The notes under the pieces were generated by a model, which searched no databases, was not told where the DNA came from, and saw only the letters and a list, made by a program, of their open reading frames with translations. Below, one piece after another: positions 24,071-32,394 of a stretch of 46,931 nucleotides of DNA; the stretch's first letter is position 1, and each line of letters begins with the position of its first letter. The translations under genes and the position numbers were made by a program. The stretch is from an uncultured Myxococcales bacterium (GTDB lineage Bacteria; Myxococcota_A; UBA9160; SZUA-336). The stretch covers positions 1 to 46,931 of the forward strand of contig CAZMKX010000001.1 in NCBI GenBank assembly GCA_964566375.1, given 5' to 3'.

Positions 24071-24134
24071 GTCAACTGGGGCGAGCCGGCAATTCTGAGA
24101 AGCGGACGCCGGCGCCCCGAGTTCAGAGGAGAGC

Positions 24135-25037
24135 GTGATGATGGAAGCCTTCGAGCGGATTTGCAGCTCCACCGCGCGCGAGCCGTGGCTTGCGGCGCGC
24201 CTCTCCGGCATCGGGTCGAGCGACGCCCCCGGCATCCTCGGCGTCTCGCCGTTCGCGTCCCCGCTCTCGGTGTATGCCGACAAGCTCGGGCTCGCTGAAG
24301 ACCGCGAGCAGAGCGAGGCGATGAAGTGGGGCTCGATCCTCGAGCCGCTGATCGTGCAGGAGTTCGCCGCGGAGACGGGCCGCAAGGCCGAGCGCGCGGG
24401 CGAGCTGCTGCGCAGCCGCGCGAATCCGTTCCAGCTCGCGACGCTCGACGCGGTGCAGTTCGCGGAGAAGCACGAGGGGCCCGGCGACCTGGAGATCAAG
24501 GCGACGGGCTGGCGCGCGGGCGACTGGACCGAGGGCGTGCCCGAGCACGTCTTCGTGCAGGTACAGCACCAGCTCAGCGTCACCGGCTGGGGTTGGGCGA
24601 GCGTCGCCGTCCTGATCGGCGGCTGCAAGCTCCTGTGGGCGGACGTCGAGCGCGACGACCGCTTCATCGACGACGTGCTGCTGCCGGCCGAGGCAGAGTT
24701 CTGGCGCCGCGTCGAGGCTCGCGAGCCGGTCGGAGCCGACGCGAGCGAGGCGACGGCGCGCGCGCTCAAGGCGCTCTACCCGAAGGACAGCGGCGCGGTG
24801 ATCGCGCTGCCCGGCTCGCTGATCGAGCTCGACCACGAGCGCGTCGAGCTGGCCGCGCAGGTCAAGGCCCTGGAGACGCGCAAGGCCGGGATCGACAACG
24901 AGATCAAGCTCGCGCTCGGCGAGGCGTCGATCGGCATGCTCGCCAACGGCGTCACCTACACCCACAAGCTCCAGCGGCGCGCGGCGTTCTCGGTCAAGGC
25001 GACCGAGTTTCGGGTGCTGCGGCGCAGCGCGAAGTAG
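24135..25037 (+). CDS. YqaJ-type viral recombinase exonuclease (PD-(D/E)XK)
   Basis: ...EPWLAARLSGIGSSDAPGILGVSPFASPLSVYADKLG...MKWGSILEPLIVQEF...LDAV...GDLEIKAT... is the typical YqaJ/lambda-Exo-like pattern. AGAGGAGAG SD. Located upstream of recT. Confidence 0.85.
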   Translation: MMMEAFERICSSTAREPWLAARLSGIGSSDAPGILGVSPFASPLSVYADKLGLAEDREQSEAMKWGSILEPLIVQEFAAETGRKAERAGELLRSRANPFQLATLDAVQFAEKHEGPGDLEIKATGWRAGDWTEGVPEHVFVQVQHQLSVTGWGWASVAVLIGGCKLLWADVERDDRFIDDVLLPAEAEFWRRVEAREPVGADASEATARALKALYPKDSGAVIALPGSLIELDHERVELAAQVKALETRKAGIDNEIKLALGEASIGMLANGVTYTHKLQRRAAFSVKATEFRVLRRSAK

Positions 25038-25048
25038 AGGAGACCCCC

Positions 25049-25825
25049 ATGTCCGAGATGGTTCCCGCGAAGAAGGCGACGATGAGCGTGGTCGACGTGC
25101 TCCAGTCGCCGCAGATGCTCGCGCAGATCAAGATGGCGCTGCCGAAGCACATCACGGCCGAGCGGCTCGCGCGCATCGCGCTGACCCAGCTGCGGCAGAC
25201 GCCGAAGCTGCTCGAATGCACGCGCGAGTCGCTGCTCGGCGCGATCATGCAGTGCGCGCAGCTCGGGCTCGAGCCCGGCACGCTCGGCCAGTGCTGGCTG
25301 ATCCCCTACGGCAAGGAAGCGACGTTCATCCTCGGCTACCGCGGGATGGCGCAGCTCGCGTGGCGCTCGTCGCAGATCGCGTCCATCGCGGCGCGTGCGG
25401 TGTTCGAGGGCGATGTGTTCGCCTACGACTTCGGCACCGACGAGATCAAGCACCAGCCCGGCGGGACCACCGACCCGGCGAAGCTGACGCACGTCTACGC
25501 GATCGTGCGCACGTCGAATGGCGGGCGGCTCTGGGACGTGATGACGCGCGCGGAGGTCGAGGCGATCCGCAAGCGCTCGCGGGCGGGCGAGAGCGGGCCG
25601 TGGAAGACGGACTACGCCGAGATGGCAAAGAAGACCGTCATGCGGCGGCTCTTCAAGATCGCGCCGCTCTCCGCGGAGCTTCAGACCGCGATGGCGCTCG
25701 ACGACGCGGCGGACCAAGGGATCTCGCAGGGGCTCGACTTCGACCTGCCGGAGCCGGAGGTCAAGGACGTCACCCCGAAGACGAACGGAGCCGCCGATCC
25801 GGCGGCGCAGCAGGAGGCATCGTGA
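25049..25825 (+). CDS. recT: RecT-family single-strand annealing protein
   Basis: ATG 25049 with a GAGGAGA SD. ...LLGAIMQCAQLGLEPG...QCWLIPYGKEATFILGYRGMAQLAWRS... and PWKTDYAEMAKKTVMRRLFK are RecT hallmarks. Confidence 0.9.
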   Translation: MSEMVPAKKATMSVVDVLQSPQMLAQIKMALPKHITAERLARIALTQLRQTPKLLECTRESLLGAIMQCAQLGLEPGTLGQCWLIPYGKEATFILGYRGMAQLAWRSSQIASIAARAVFEGDVFAYDFGTDEIKHQPGGTTDPAKLTHVYAIVRTSNGGRLWDVMTRAEVEAIRKRSRAGESGPWKTDYAEMAKKTVMRRLFKIAPLSAELQTAMALDDAADQGISQGLDFDLPEPEVKDVTPKTNGAADPAAQQEAS

Positions 25826-26880
25826 GCGAGGCCCTTCGATACGAGATCGAGAACGTCGGCGGCATCGAGCGCGCCGACCTGATCCTCAAGCCCGGCGTCA
25901 GCGTGCTGCGCGGCCGCAATGGCGCCGGGAAGACGTCGGCATTCCGTGCGATCTCGCGCGCGCAGGGCGCCGACATCGAGCTGGAGCGCCGGGATGGCGC
26001 GCAGTTCGGCGAGGTGCGCGGCCCGGGGGTGACGCTCCGCGTCGGCAAGGTGGTGCGCGCCACCGGCCACGCCGAGCTGTCGCTGGCCGACGTCTCGCCG
26101 CTTTCGACGCTGATCGACCCGCAGATCAAGGACTCGGACGCCGCGGCACGCGCGCGCCTGCGCGCCCTGGTCGAGCTGCTCGGGCTCGCGGTCGACGACG
26201 ACGCTGTGGCGCTGCTGTGCGGTGGCGATGCGGCGGTCGCGAAGTGGGTCGCTGACGAGGTGCGCGCCGAGGCGATCGACGACCTGATGGTCGCCTCCGA
26301 GAAGGCGCGCGGCCGCATGCACGCGCTGGCCCGCGAGAGCGAGCAGGCGATCGAAGGGGCGAAGGCGCGGCGCGAGGCGGCGAGCGGGCGCATGGCGTCG
26401 ATCCTCGCGGAGATCGGCGGCGCGCAGGCGCTCGTCGACACGCCGATCGAGGTCGCGCGCGCAGCCGTCTCGGAGGGTGGGCGCGAGTACGAGCGGGCCG
26501 TCGCGCAGCACGACGCCCGCACCCAGCTGGAGGAACGACAGGCGGCGCTCCGCGCGTCGATCGGCCCGCGTCCGGACGACGCGCCGCACCTGGAGCTGGC
26601 ACACGCCCTCCAGCGCGAGGTGGTCGGCGCAGACCTTCGGGTCGACGACCTGGAGAGGCGGATCCGCAAGCTCCAGGCAGAGCTGGGCATCGCGCGCGAG
26701 CTGCGCGCCGCGAAGGCTGCCGAGCGCAGCGCGGCGCTCGACGCGGCGGCCGAGGCGCTCGATCAAGGCGACGAGATCGAGCCCGGAAGGCGCGTGCATG
26801 CCGGCATCGAATTCCGCTTCGAGATGGATGGCGTCTGGCCGGTGCTGAAGACCGTGATGCCTGCGAAGGGGGGAGCATGA
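25822..26880 (+). CDS. SMC/RecN/Rad50-head-like P-loop ATPase (N-terminal half only) with coiled coil
   Basis: GTGA-coupled start. IENVGGIERADLILKPGVSVLRGRNGAGKTSAFRAI (Walker A) followed by a long Ala/Glu/Arg coiled coil. I could not find a signature (LSGG) motif or a Walker B motif. Confidence 0.6.
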   Translation: MSEALRYEIENVGGIERADLILKPGVSVLRGRNGAGKTSAFRAISRAQGADIELERRDGAQFGEVRGPGVTLRVGKVVRATGHAELSLADVSPLSTLIDPQIKDSDAAARARLRALVELLGLAVDDDAVALLCGGDAAVAKWVADEVRAEAIDDLMVASEKARGRMHALARESEQAIEGAKARREAASGRMASILAEIGGAQALVDTPIEVARAAVSEGGREYERAVAQHDARTQLEERQAALRASIGPRPDDAPHLELAHALQREVVGADLRVDDLERRIRKLQAELGIARELRAAKAAERSAALDAAAEALDQGDEIEPGRRVHAGIEFRFEMDGVWPVLKTVMPAKGGA

Positions 26881-27245
26881 ACGCCCGCGAACGCGCATCT
26901 GGCGACGAGCCCGGGACGCTGGCGATCCTGAACGTGGGCGCCGGTGATCTCAAGATCTCGTTCCGCCCGGACGCGCCCGAGGGAGAGATCGAGCAGGCCC
27001 GCCACCTGGTCGAGAAGATGCTGCGCGAGGGCTACGCGCTGCTCGTCGAGACCGAAGACGGCAGCTACGCGCGCGCCACCGGCTTCGACCGGGAGACGCG
27101 CAGCTACATCGTCTCCGCGCTGCCTGCCGCGCCGGAGCCGGCGGCCAAGGGCGGGACGCCCGTCAAGAAGAAGCGCGGGCGGCCGCGCAAGGTCGCTGCC
27201 AGCGGCGCGCGCGCAGTCGCCATCGGCCGGTCGGCGGGAGGCTGA
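26877..27245 (+). CDS. Hypothetical protein with C-terminal AT-hook-like motif
   Basis: ATGA-coupled start. 122 aa. ...GGTPVKKKRGRPRKVAA... has an RGRP core flanked by basic residues. Confidence 0.55.
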   Translation: MNARERASGDEPGTLAILNVGAGDLKISFRPDAPEGEIEQARHLVEKMLREGYALLVETEDGSYARATGFDRETRSYIVSALPAAPEPAAKGGTPVKKKRGRPRKVAASGARAVAIGRSAGG

Positions 27246-27248
27246 TCG

Positions 27249-27983
27249 GTGCTCACCTGGGAAAGCATCCGCAACACCTTGCATAATCTCGCGCTCGAGC
27301 GTGGCGAGATCGCCGGCTACCCGATGCCGATCGAGGGGCATGAGCTCCGCGTAGCGAAGGGCGTCAACTTCTCGCACCTCGAAGGCGCGCGCCTGGACTC
27401 GCCCGAGTCTGAGTGGGTGTGCTCGAAAGACGATCTCGCCTGGGTCGAGCGCACGAGCTGGTGGTGCGCGAAGCGGCGTGCGCGGATCATCATCTGCCAG
27501 CGCCAGCGCGCCGACGGAAGTCTCGAGCTCGACTGGTGCGCTGATCCTCCGTTCGGCGTCGAGCTCGAGCCGCTCCGCCGTTTCTACTTCCTGCAGCAGA
27601 CGCTCGACGCTGGCATCAAGGCGTGGGACTTCGACGCCGAAGCCCGAGCCGTCGAGACGCTGAAGACGCTCATCTCGAAGCCGCAGATGGATCGCTATTC
27701 CACGCTCGGAATGTTCGTGGAGTCGTCGAAGCGCAGCGGCGCCGTCTATCTCTTCCGGCGCTGCCGCCCGACGCTGGTGCTGCTGCGCACGAGCGGCGGG
27801 AACTTCCGACCCTCAGTCGCGCTCTGCCTGCATCCGCTCGCGTACTACGGCCACACGTTCGCGGGCGGGATGGTGCCCAGCGACGACGTGATCGCCCACC
27901 TGATGCTGATGCGTGGTGACGAGCACGGCTTCTGGAAGCGCGCGAATCAGCACCCGATCGATCGCCTGGAGGCTGGCCTGTGA
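27249..27983 (+). CDS. Hypothetical protein (244 aa)
   Basis: GTG start with coherent coding pattern. Conserved-looking C-terminus ...LCLHPLAYYGHTFAGGMVPSDDVIAHLMLMRGDEHGFWKRANQH. No family named. Confidence 0.6.
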   Translation: MLTWESIRNTLHNLALERGEIAGYPMPIEGHELRVAKGVNFSHLEGARLDSPESEWVCSKDDLAWVERTSWWCAKRRARIIICQRQRADGSLELDWCADPPFGVELEPLRRFYFLQQTLDAGIKAWDFDAEARAVETLKTLISKPQMDRYSTLGMFVESSKRSGAVYLFRRCRPTLVLLRTSGGNFRPSVALCLHPLAYYGHTFAGGMVPSDDVIAHLMLMRGDEHGFWKRANQHPIDRLEAGL

Positions 27984-29374
27984 GCAGCACCAGCTCGATC
28001 GAGTGGACAGATGCGACCTGGAACCCGGTTCGCGGCTGCGCCCGCGTATCACCTGGCTGTGGCGGCGCCGACGGCGGCGGCTGTTACGCCGAGCGAATGG
28101 CGCACCGCTTCTCCGGACCGGGCGGGCCCTATGAAGGCCTCACGCGTATGACGGCGCACGGCCCGCGCTGGACCGGCAAGGTTCGGCTCGTGCCCGAGCT
28201 GCTCGACTGGCCGCTGAGCAAGCGGAAGCCGCTCAAGATCTTCGTCAATTCGATGGCCGACTTGTTCCACGACGACGTGCCGGACGAGTTCATCGCGCGC
28301 GTCTGGCAGATCATGGGTGCTGCGTCCTGGCATACCTACCAGATTCTGACGAAGCGACCGGAGAGAATGCGCTCCTGGGTCGTCCGCTGGTACGCCGGAG
28401 AGATCACAGAGCCCCACTCCGTGCTCCCGGTGCCCGGCTATCCAGGCTACTCCGTGACCACGCACGGCCAGGTTCTGGGGAAGCGCGCAGATACGAGCAG
28501 TGGGCTCTCGTTCGACGTCGGCGAGCAGGGGCACCGGCGCGTCACGATGCACCGCGACAGCTCACCCAAGAGCGGCGAGCGCGAGCTCGTGCACCGCCTC
28601 GTGCTGGAGGCGTTCGCCCGACCTGCGCGCGCTGGCGAGCAGGCGTGCCATCGCAACGGAGACCCAGGCGACAATCGCCTCTCGAATCTCTACTGGGGAA
28701 CGCAGGAGAGCAACTGGCGAGACCGGATCAGCCACGGGCGCGGGCGCGCGTATGCGAAGCTGACTGCTGCCGACGTCGCGAAGATTCGCTCCCGATGCGC
28801 CTCCGGAGAACCGGCGGCATCCGTCGCTAGTGACTTTGCAGTCTCGGATACCCAGATCAGGAACATCGCGAGTGGTAGGCAGTGGTCGACGCCTGCCGGG
28901 GAGCGGCCGTCCGGCCCGCCGACGCGCGTGATTCTCGATTCGGTTTGGCTCGGCGTCTCCGTCGAGGATCAGGAGCGCGCCGACGAGCGGATCCCGCTGC
29001 TGTTGCAGACGCCGGCCGCGGTGCGGTTCATCTCGGCCGAGCCGCTGCTCGGCGGGCTCGACCTGACGCCGTGGGTTCATGCGTTCAACGCTGACCACGA
29101 CGGGCGCGGCTGCTGCGAGACTCCGCGAGGGCTGCTGCATTGGGTGATCGTCGGCGGCGAGAGCGGGCCCGGCGCGCGCGAGTGCCGCGTCGATTGGATC
29201 CGCAGCATCCTCGCGCAGTGCCACGCGGCCGGCGTCCCCGCGTTCTGCAAGCAGCTTGGATCGAAGCCAACCATGAGCGCGAGCGACTGGACGCACAACC
29301 GCGAGCGCGGCGGGAAGGGGGACGATCCCGAGCAGTGGCCGCCCGATCTGCGCGTGCAGGAGTTCCCGTCGTGA
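27980..29374 (+). CDS. DUF5131 (phage Gp37/Gp68 family) protein interrupted in frame by a NUMOD4-HNH-HTH module
   Basis: N-terminal part IEWTDATWNPVRGC...CYAERMA...IFVNSMADLFHDDVPDEFI...WHTYQILTKRPERM, and C-terminal part VWLGVSVEDQERADERIPLL...VRFISAEPLLGGLDL...WVIVGGESGPGAR...AGVPAFCKQLG, look like the two halves of a DUF5131 protein. Residues about 141..316 look like an HNH endonuclease (VPGYPGYSVTTHG...LVHRLVLEAF...CHRNGDPGDNRLSNLYWGT..N...HTH). Confidence 0.8.
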   Translation: MSSTSSIEWTDATWNPVRGCARVSPGCGGADGGGCYAERMAHRFSGPGGPYEGLTRMTAHGPRWTGKVRLVPELLDWPLSKRKPLKIFVNSMADLFHDDVPDEFIARVWQIMGAASWHTYQILTKRPERMRSWVVRWYAGEITEPHSVLPVPGYPGYSVTTHGQVLGKRADTSSGLSFDVGEQGHRRVTMHRDSSPKSGERELVHRLVLEAFARPARAGEQACHRNGDPGDNRLSNLYWGTQESNWRDRISHGRGRAYAKLTAADVAKIRSRCASGEPAASVASDFAVSDTQIRNIASGRQWSTPAGERPSGPPTRVILDSVWLGVSVEDQERADERIPLLLQTPAAVRFISAEPLLGGLDLTPWVHAFNADHDGRGCCETPRGLLHWVIVGGESGPGARECRVDWIRSILAQCHAAGVPAFCKQLGSKPTMSASDWTHNRERGGKGDDPEQWPPDLRVQEFPS

Positions 29375-29874
29375 GCATCATCGAACGCCTGCTGACGCGG
29401 GGCTTCGGCGCGCCCGAAGAGATCAACGGCGGCGAGCGTTGCCCGACCTACATGTTCCGCTGGCACGTCTTCAAGTGGCCGCGGAACGCGGAGCCGACGG
29501 TCGACGAGCGCGAGCTCGGCGAGCCGCCCGAGCACTCCGGCGGCGATCGGCTGCGCGTCTACGTGCACAAGTTCGTCGCCGACGACTGGTCGCGCGATCT
29601 GCACGACCACCCGAAGCGGTTCATCTCGATCGGGCTCTGGGGCTCGTACATCGAGGAGACGCCGCAGGGCGAGCGCGTCTACCGAGCTCCGTGGATCCGC
29701 ACGTTCCCGGCAGAGCACGTTCACCGCCTGCGCCTGCGCTCGCGGGTCTGCTGGACGCTCGTCATCACGCTGCGCGCGGTGCGGCCGTGGGGCTTCTATC
29801 ACGAGGGCGCCTGGGTGCCGTGGCGCGAGTACGTCGAGGGTAGCGCTGCCGACGCGCGGGTGTCGTGCGAATGA
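29371..29874 (+). CDS. Hypothetical protein (167 aa)
   Basis: GTGA-coupled start. ...CPTYMFRWHVFKWP...RLRVYVHKFVADDWSRDLHDHPKRFISIGLWGSY... No family named. Confidence 0.55.
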   Translation: MSIIERLLTRGFGAPEEINGGERCPTYMFRWHVFKWPRNAEPTVDERELGEPPEHSGGDRLRVYVHKFVADDWSRDLHDHPKRFISIGLWGSYIEETPQGERVYRAPWIRTFPAEHVHRLRLRSRVCWTLVITLRAVRPWGFYHEGAWVPWREYVEGSAADARVSCE

Positions 29875-30284
29875 AGGCCGCATCCGATACGCAGCAGACC
29901 GACCTCTTCGCCCGCGCGCGCACCGCCGACCCCGCGTCGTCTCACGCCGCCGCCGAGCGCGTCGAAGCGTCGGGCGAAGCGAAGATCCAGCGCGAGGTCG
30001 CCGCGGCGCTCGTCGCGCGACACCCCGGCGCCACCACGCGCGAGCTCTCGGCCTGCCATCCGCCCGGAGAGAACCGCGAGTCGTTCTACCACACGCTCGC
30101 GCGCCGCCTGCCCGAGCTCGAGAGAGCGAAGCGCGTCTACGCCGTGTCGACCGGAAGGGACTCGCTCCGCTGGCGGCCGGGGCGCAAGCCGGGGTCGATC
30201 TGCCCGCACCACCGCTGCGGAGAGCGGAGGCCGTGCGGGGTGCATGCGGTCGAGGCGAGTCGAGAGGAGAGGTTTCAGGGGTGA
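29871..30284 (+). CDS. Winged-helix-like hypothetical protein (137 aa)
   Basis: ATGA-coupled start. ...IQREVAAALVARHPGATTRELSA...SFYHTLARRLPELERAKRVY... Confidence 0.5.
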   Translation: MKAASDTQQTDLFARARTADPASSHAAAERVEASGEAKIQREVAAALVARHPGATTRELSACHPPGENRESFYHTLARRLPELERAKRVYAVSTGRDSLRWRPGRKPGSICPHHRCGERRPCGVHAVEASREERFQG

Positions 30285-30946
30285 TCCTGCCCGGCCACAA
30301 GCATCCCGCGCCCCACGGCACGCATGCTCGCTACGTACACGGCTGCCGCTGTACCGATTGCCGCGCCGGACATGCCGCGACCGTGCGCGCTCGGATTGCT
30401 CGTGGGCGAGCCGCCGCGCGAGAGCTTGGCCCGGCGATTCCCGGCACGCTCTGCCCCGGCGTGAACGGTGCTCCCTGCAAGCGCGGCCGGAAGCTGCGCG
30501 CCGGCAGCCTCGCCGTCTGCTTCGATTGCCGCGGCTCGCTGGTGTGGAACGGCCTCGTCGATGCGGCTCCCGCGCGCCGTCACATGCGGAAGCTCTCGCG
30601 GCGAGGCGTCGGGTTCCGGGCCGTGGCGGCGGTGACGGATATCGGCCTGACGACGATCCAGAAGATCCGCAACGGCAAGCGCCGGCGCATCCGAAAGGCG
30701 GTCGCGGATCGCATCCTCGCGGTGACGGCCGCGGAGGTTTCCGACGGCGCGCTCGTCCCGGCAGGCGAGACCAACCGCATGCTGCGCGAGCTGGTGACGG
30801 AGTACTTCACGCGCGGCGAGGTCGCGCGGCAGCTCGGGTACAAGTCGCTCGCGCTCCAGATCGGGAAGAACGGGCTCGTGCTCGCGCGGACGGAGCAGCG
30901 GGTGCGGAGGCTGTACCGGCGGGCGATGGGGGAGGAGGCGGCGTGA
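30281..30946 (+). CDS. DNA-binding protein upstream of integrase (possible recombination directionality factor)
   Basis: GTGA-coupled start. HGTHARYVHGCRCTDCRAGHA motif, then HTH-like segments (...VTDIGLTTIQKIRNGKRR..., ...RGEVARQLGYKSLALQIGKNG...). Overlaps the int start. Confidence 0.5.
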   Translation: MILPGHKHPAPHGTHARYVHGCRCTDCRAGHAATVRARIARGRAAARELGPAIPGTLCPGVNGAPCKRGRKLRAGSLAVCFDCRGSLVWNGLVDAAPARRHMRKLSRRGVGFRAVAAVTDIGLTTIQKIRNGKRRRIRKAVADRILAVTAAEVSDGALVPAGETNRMLRELVTEYFTRGEVARQLGYKSLALQIGKNGLVLARTEQRVRRLYRRAMGEEAA

Positions 30947-32181
30947 CGGCTGCGGCCCTCCACTCTTCCCGGGCCGCCCCTGTCCGTGGTATCGACTGGT
31001 CCGTGAGCGAGGACTTCGGGCACGTCCGCCAGCGCCGCGACGGCCGCTGGTACGTCGACTGCGGCAGGTTCGGCCGCGTCTACAGCAGCAAGGGCGCGAA
31101 ATTCGAGCGGCGCCGCGACGCCGAGCACGTCCTCAACGCCATCCGCTCGGTAATCGCGGAGGGCAAGCCCAAGGCTCAGGCCGTCGACGCCTGGATGCCG
31201 ACCACATCGGCCGCGCACCGGGTGGACGTGTGGCTGGCGCGCTGGCTGAAGCGCATGAGCGAGCTCCAGGCGGCCGGCGAGCGCAGCAAGGAGTACGTCG
31301 ACGAGCTGCGCCGCTGGTGCGCGAAGGGAGGGAAGCACGCGCACCTCGCCGGCTACTGGGGCCGGCGCAGCGTGCTCGAGATCGACTACGCGGGACTCGA
31401 GGAGTGGTGCGCGTGGCTCGAGCAGCGCGGGCTCTCGGCGAAGACGCGGCACAACGTCGTCTCCGCGATGAGCGCCTTCCTCGGCTGGCTGCGAAAGCTT
31501 GAGGAGATACCCCGCGTGCCGGTGATCCCGTGGCCGAAGGTCGCCGAGCACGCGCCGCGGATCCTCGCGCCAGCGGCGCAGGCTCGAGTGCTCGAGCAGA
31601 TCCCCGTCGGCGCCCGCGGAATCTTCATGGCGCTCGCGCTGCTCGGCCTGCGCCCGAGCGAGGCGCAGCGGCTCCGCGCGCAGGACTACTCGCCCGGCGA
31701 GCCCGGCTGGCTGACCGTGACCCGCACGAAGAACGGCCAGGTGAAGCGGCTGCCGGTGCCGAGCGATCTGGCCGACTGGATCGCCGAGCACGTCGAGCTC
31801 GACCCGCTGAAGGGGGCAGCGCCGCTGTTCTCGATCCCGTACTTCGGCAGAGGCATCCGATCGACCCGCGGCTGGAATCCGACGAGCCTGCGGATGACGT
31901 GGGCGAAGGCGTGCCGCGCGGCAGGCGTGCGCGCATCGCTCTACGAAGGGACGAAGCACAGCCGCGCGACCGACCTGCTGCGCCAGGGCGTTCCCGAGCG
32001 CGTGCTGCAAGCGATCCTGGGCCACAAGGATCCGCGATCGACCCGCCGGTACGCGCGGCTCGCCGATCAGGCCGTGGTGGAGGCTTTGTGGCTCCGACGT
32101 GACTCCGGCTCTGGCGTGGCTCCGGAGGCTCCGAAGGCAGCGTCGCAAGTGCGCGTAATCAAACGAGGTACGGAAAAGTGA
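30943..32181 (+). CDS. int: Tyrosine integrase
   Basis: GTGA-coupled start, 412 aa. SAM-like N-domain (...SAKTRHNVVSAMSAFLGWL...). Catalytic-domain motifs: ALLGLRPSEAQRL (Arg), KHSRATDLL (His-x-x-Arg), ILGHKDPRSTRRYARL (His...Tyr). Confidence 0.9.
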   Translation: MTAAALHSSRAAPVRGIDWSVSEDFGHVRQRRDGRWYVDCGRFGRVYSSKGAKFERRRDAEHVLNAIRSVIAEGKPKAQAVDAWMPTTSAAHRVDVWLARWLKRMSELQAAGERSKEYVDELRRWCAKGGKHAHLAGYWGRRSVLEIDYAGLEEWCAWLEQRGLSAKTRHNVVSAMSAFLGWLRKLEEIPRVPVIPWPKVAEHAPRILAPAAQARVLEQIPVGARGIFMALALLGLRPSEAQRLRAQDYSPGEPGWLTVTRTKNGQVKRLPVPSDLADWIAEHVELDPLKGAAPLFSIPYFGRGIRSTRGWNPTSLRMTWAKACRAAGVRASLYEGTKHSRATDLLRQGVPERVLQAILGHKDPRSTRRYARLADQAVVEALWLRRDSGSGVAPEAPKAASQVRVIKRGTEK

Positions 32182-32183
32182 GA

Positions 32184-32232
32184 TGGTGGAGGCGGCGGGA
32201 ATCGAACCCGCGAACGCGCGAAGGCGCGCGGA
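32184..32232 (-). other. tRNA 3-prime fragment (T arm + acceptor + CCA + long variable arm) = candidate attP core
   Basis: The minus strand reads ...CGCGCG-CCTT-CGCGCG-TTC-GCGGG-TTCGATT-CCCGC-CGCCTCC-A-CCA. No matching 5-prime acceptor strand (GGAGGCG) lies upstream, so it is not an intact tRNA. It begins 3 nt after the int stop. Confidence 0.6.
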
Positions 32233-32280
32233 TGAATCCTGAGCAGAATCAAGCGGGCGCGATGGATGTCGTCTGCGCAG

Positions 32281-32326
32281 CCACGTGGCTCCGGCGTGGA
32301 TCCACGGTGGCTGGTTCCACGTGACC
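32281..32326. repeat. Three CCACG(G)TG-type repeats (candidate integrase arm-type sites)
   Basis: ccacgtggct 32281..32290, ccacggtggct 32302..32312, ccacgtgacc 32317..32326, in the non-coding stretch next to the attP core candidate. Confidence 0.4.
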
Positions 32327-32394
32327 CACCCGACCCTCGGACAGGCCGGCGGCGCCGCCGTCCGCATCAACGTCACCATACGAAAGGACACACG

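Noticed and set aside
24078-24118. Bulged roughly 11-bp stem-loop between the small-gene array and the exonuclease gene
   Set aside because: It has no U-tract and there is no conservation information. It may be a processing or attenuation signal, but nothing in the sequence alone supports a specific function.
28400-28927. Canonical intein in the DUF5131 gene
   Set aside because: The insert lacks Hint-domain hallmarks: no nucleophile at the N-junction and no terminal His-Asn followed by Cys/Ser/Thr. At about 175 aa it is too small to hold both Hint and HNH domains. It is kept as an unusual in-frame HNH insertion instead.
32184-32280. Possible intact type II tRNA gene next to int
   Set aside because: Only the variable arm, T arm and acceptor 3-prime strand fold. 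No complementary 5-prime acceptor strand (GGAGGCG), D arm or anticodon stem could be found upstream, so it is treated as an attP fragment.
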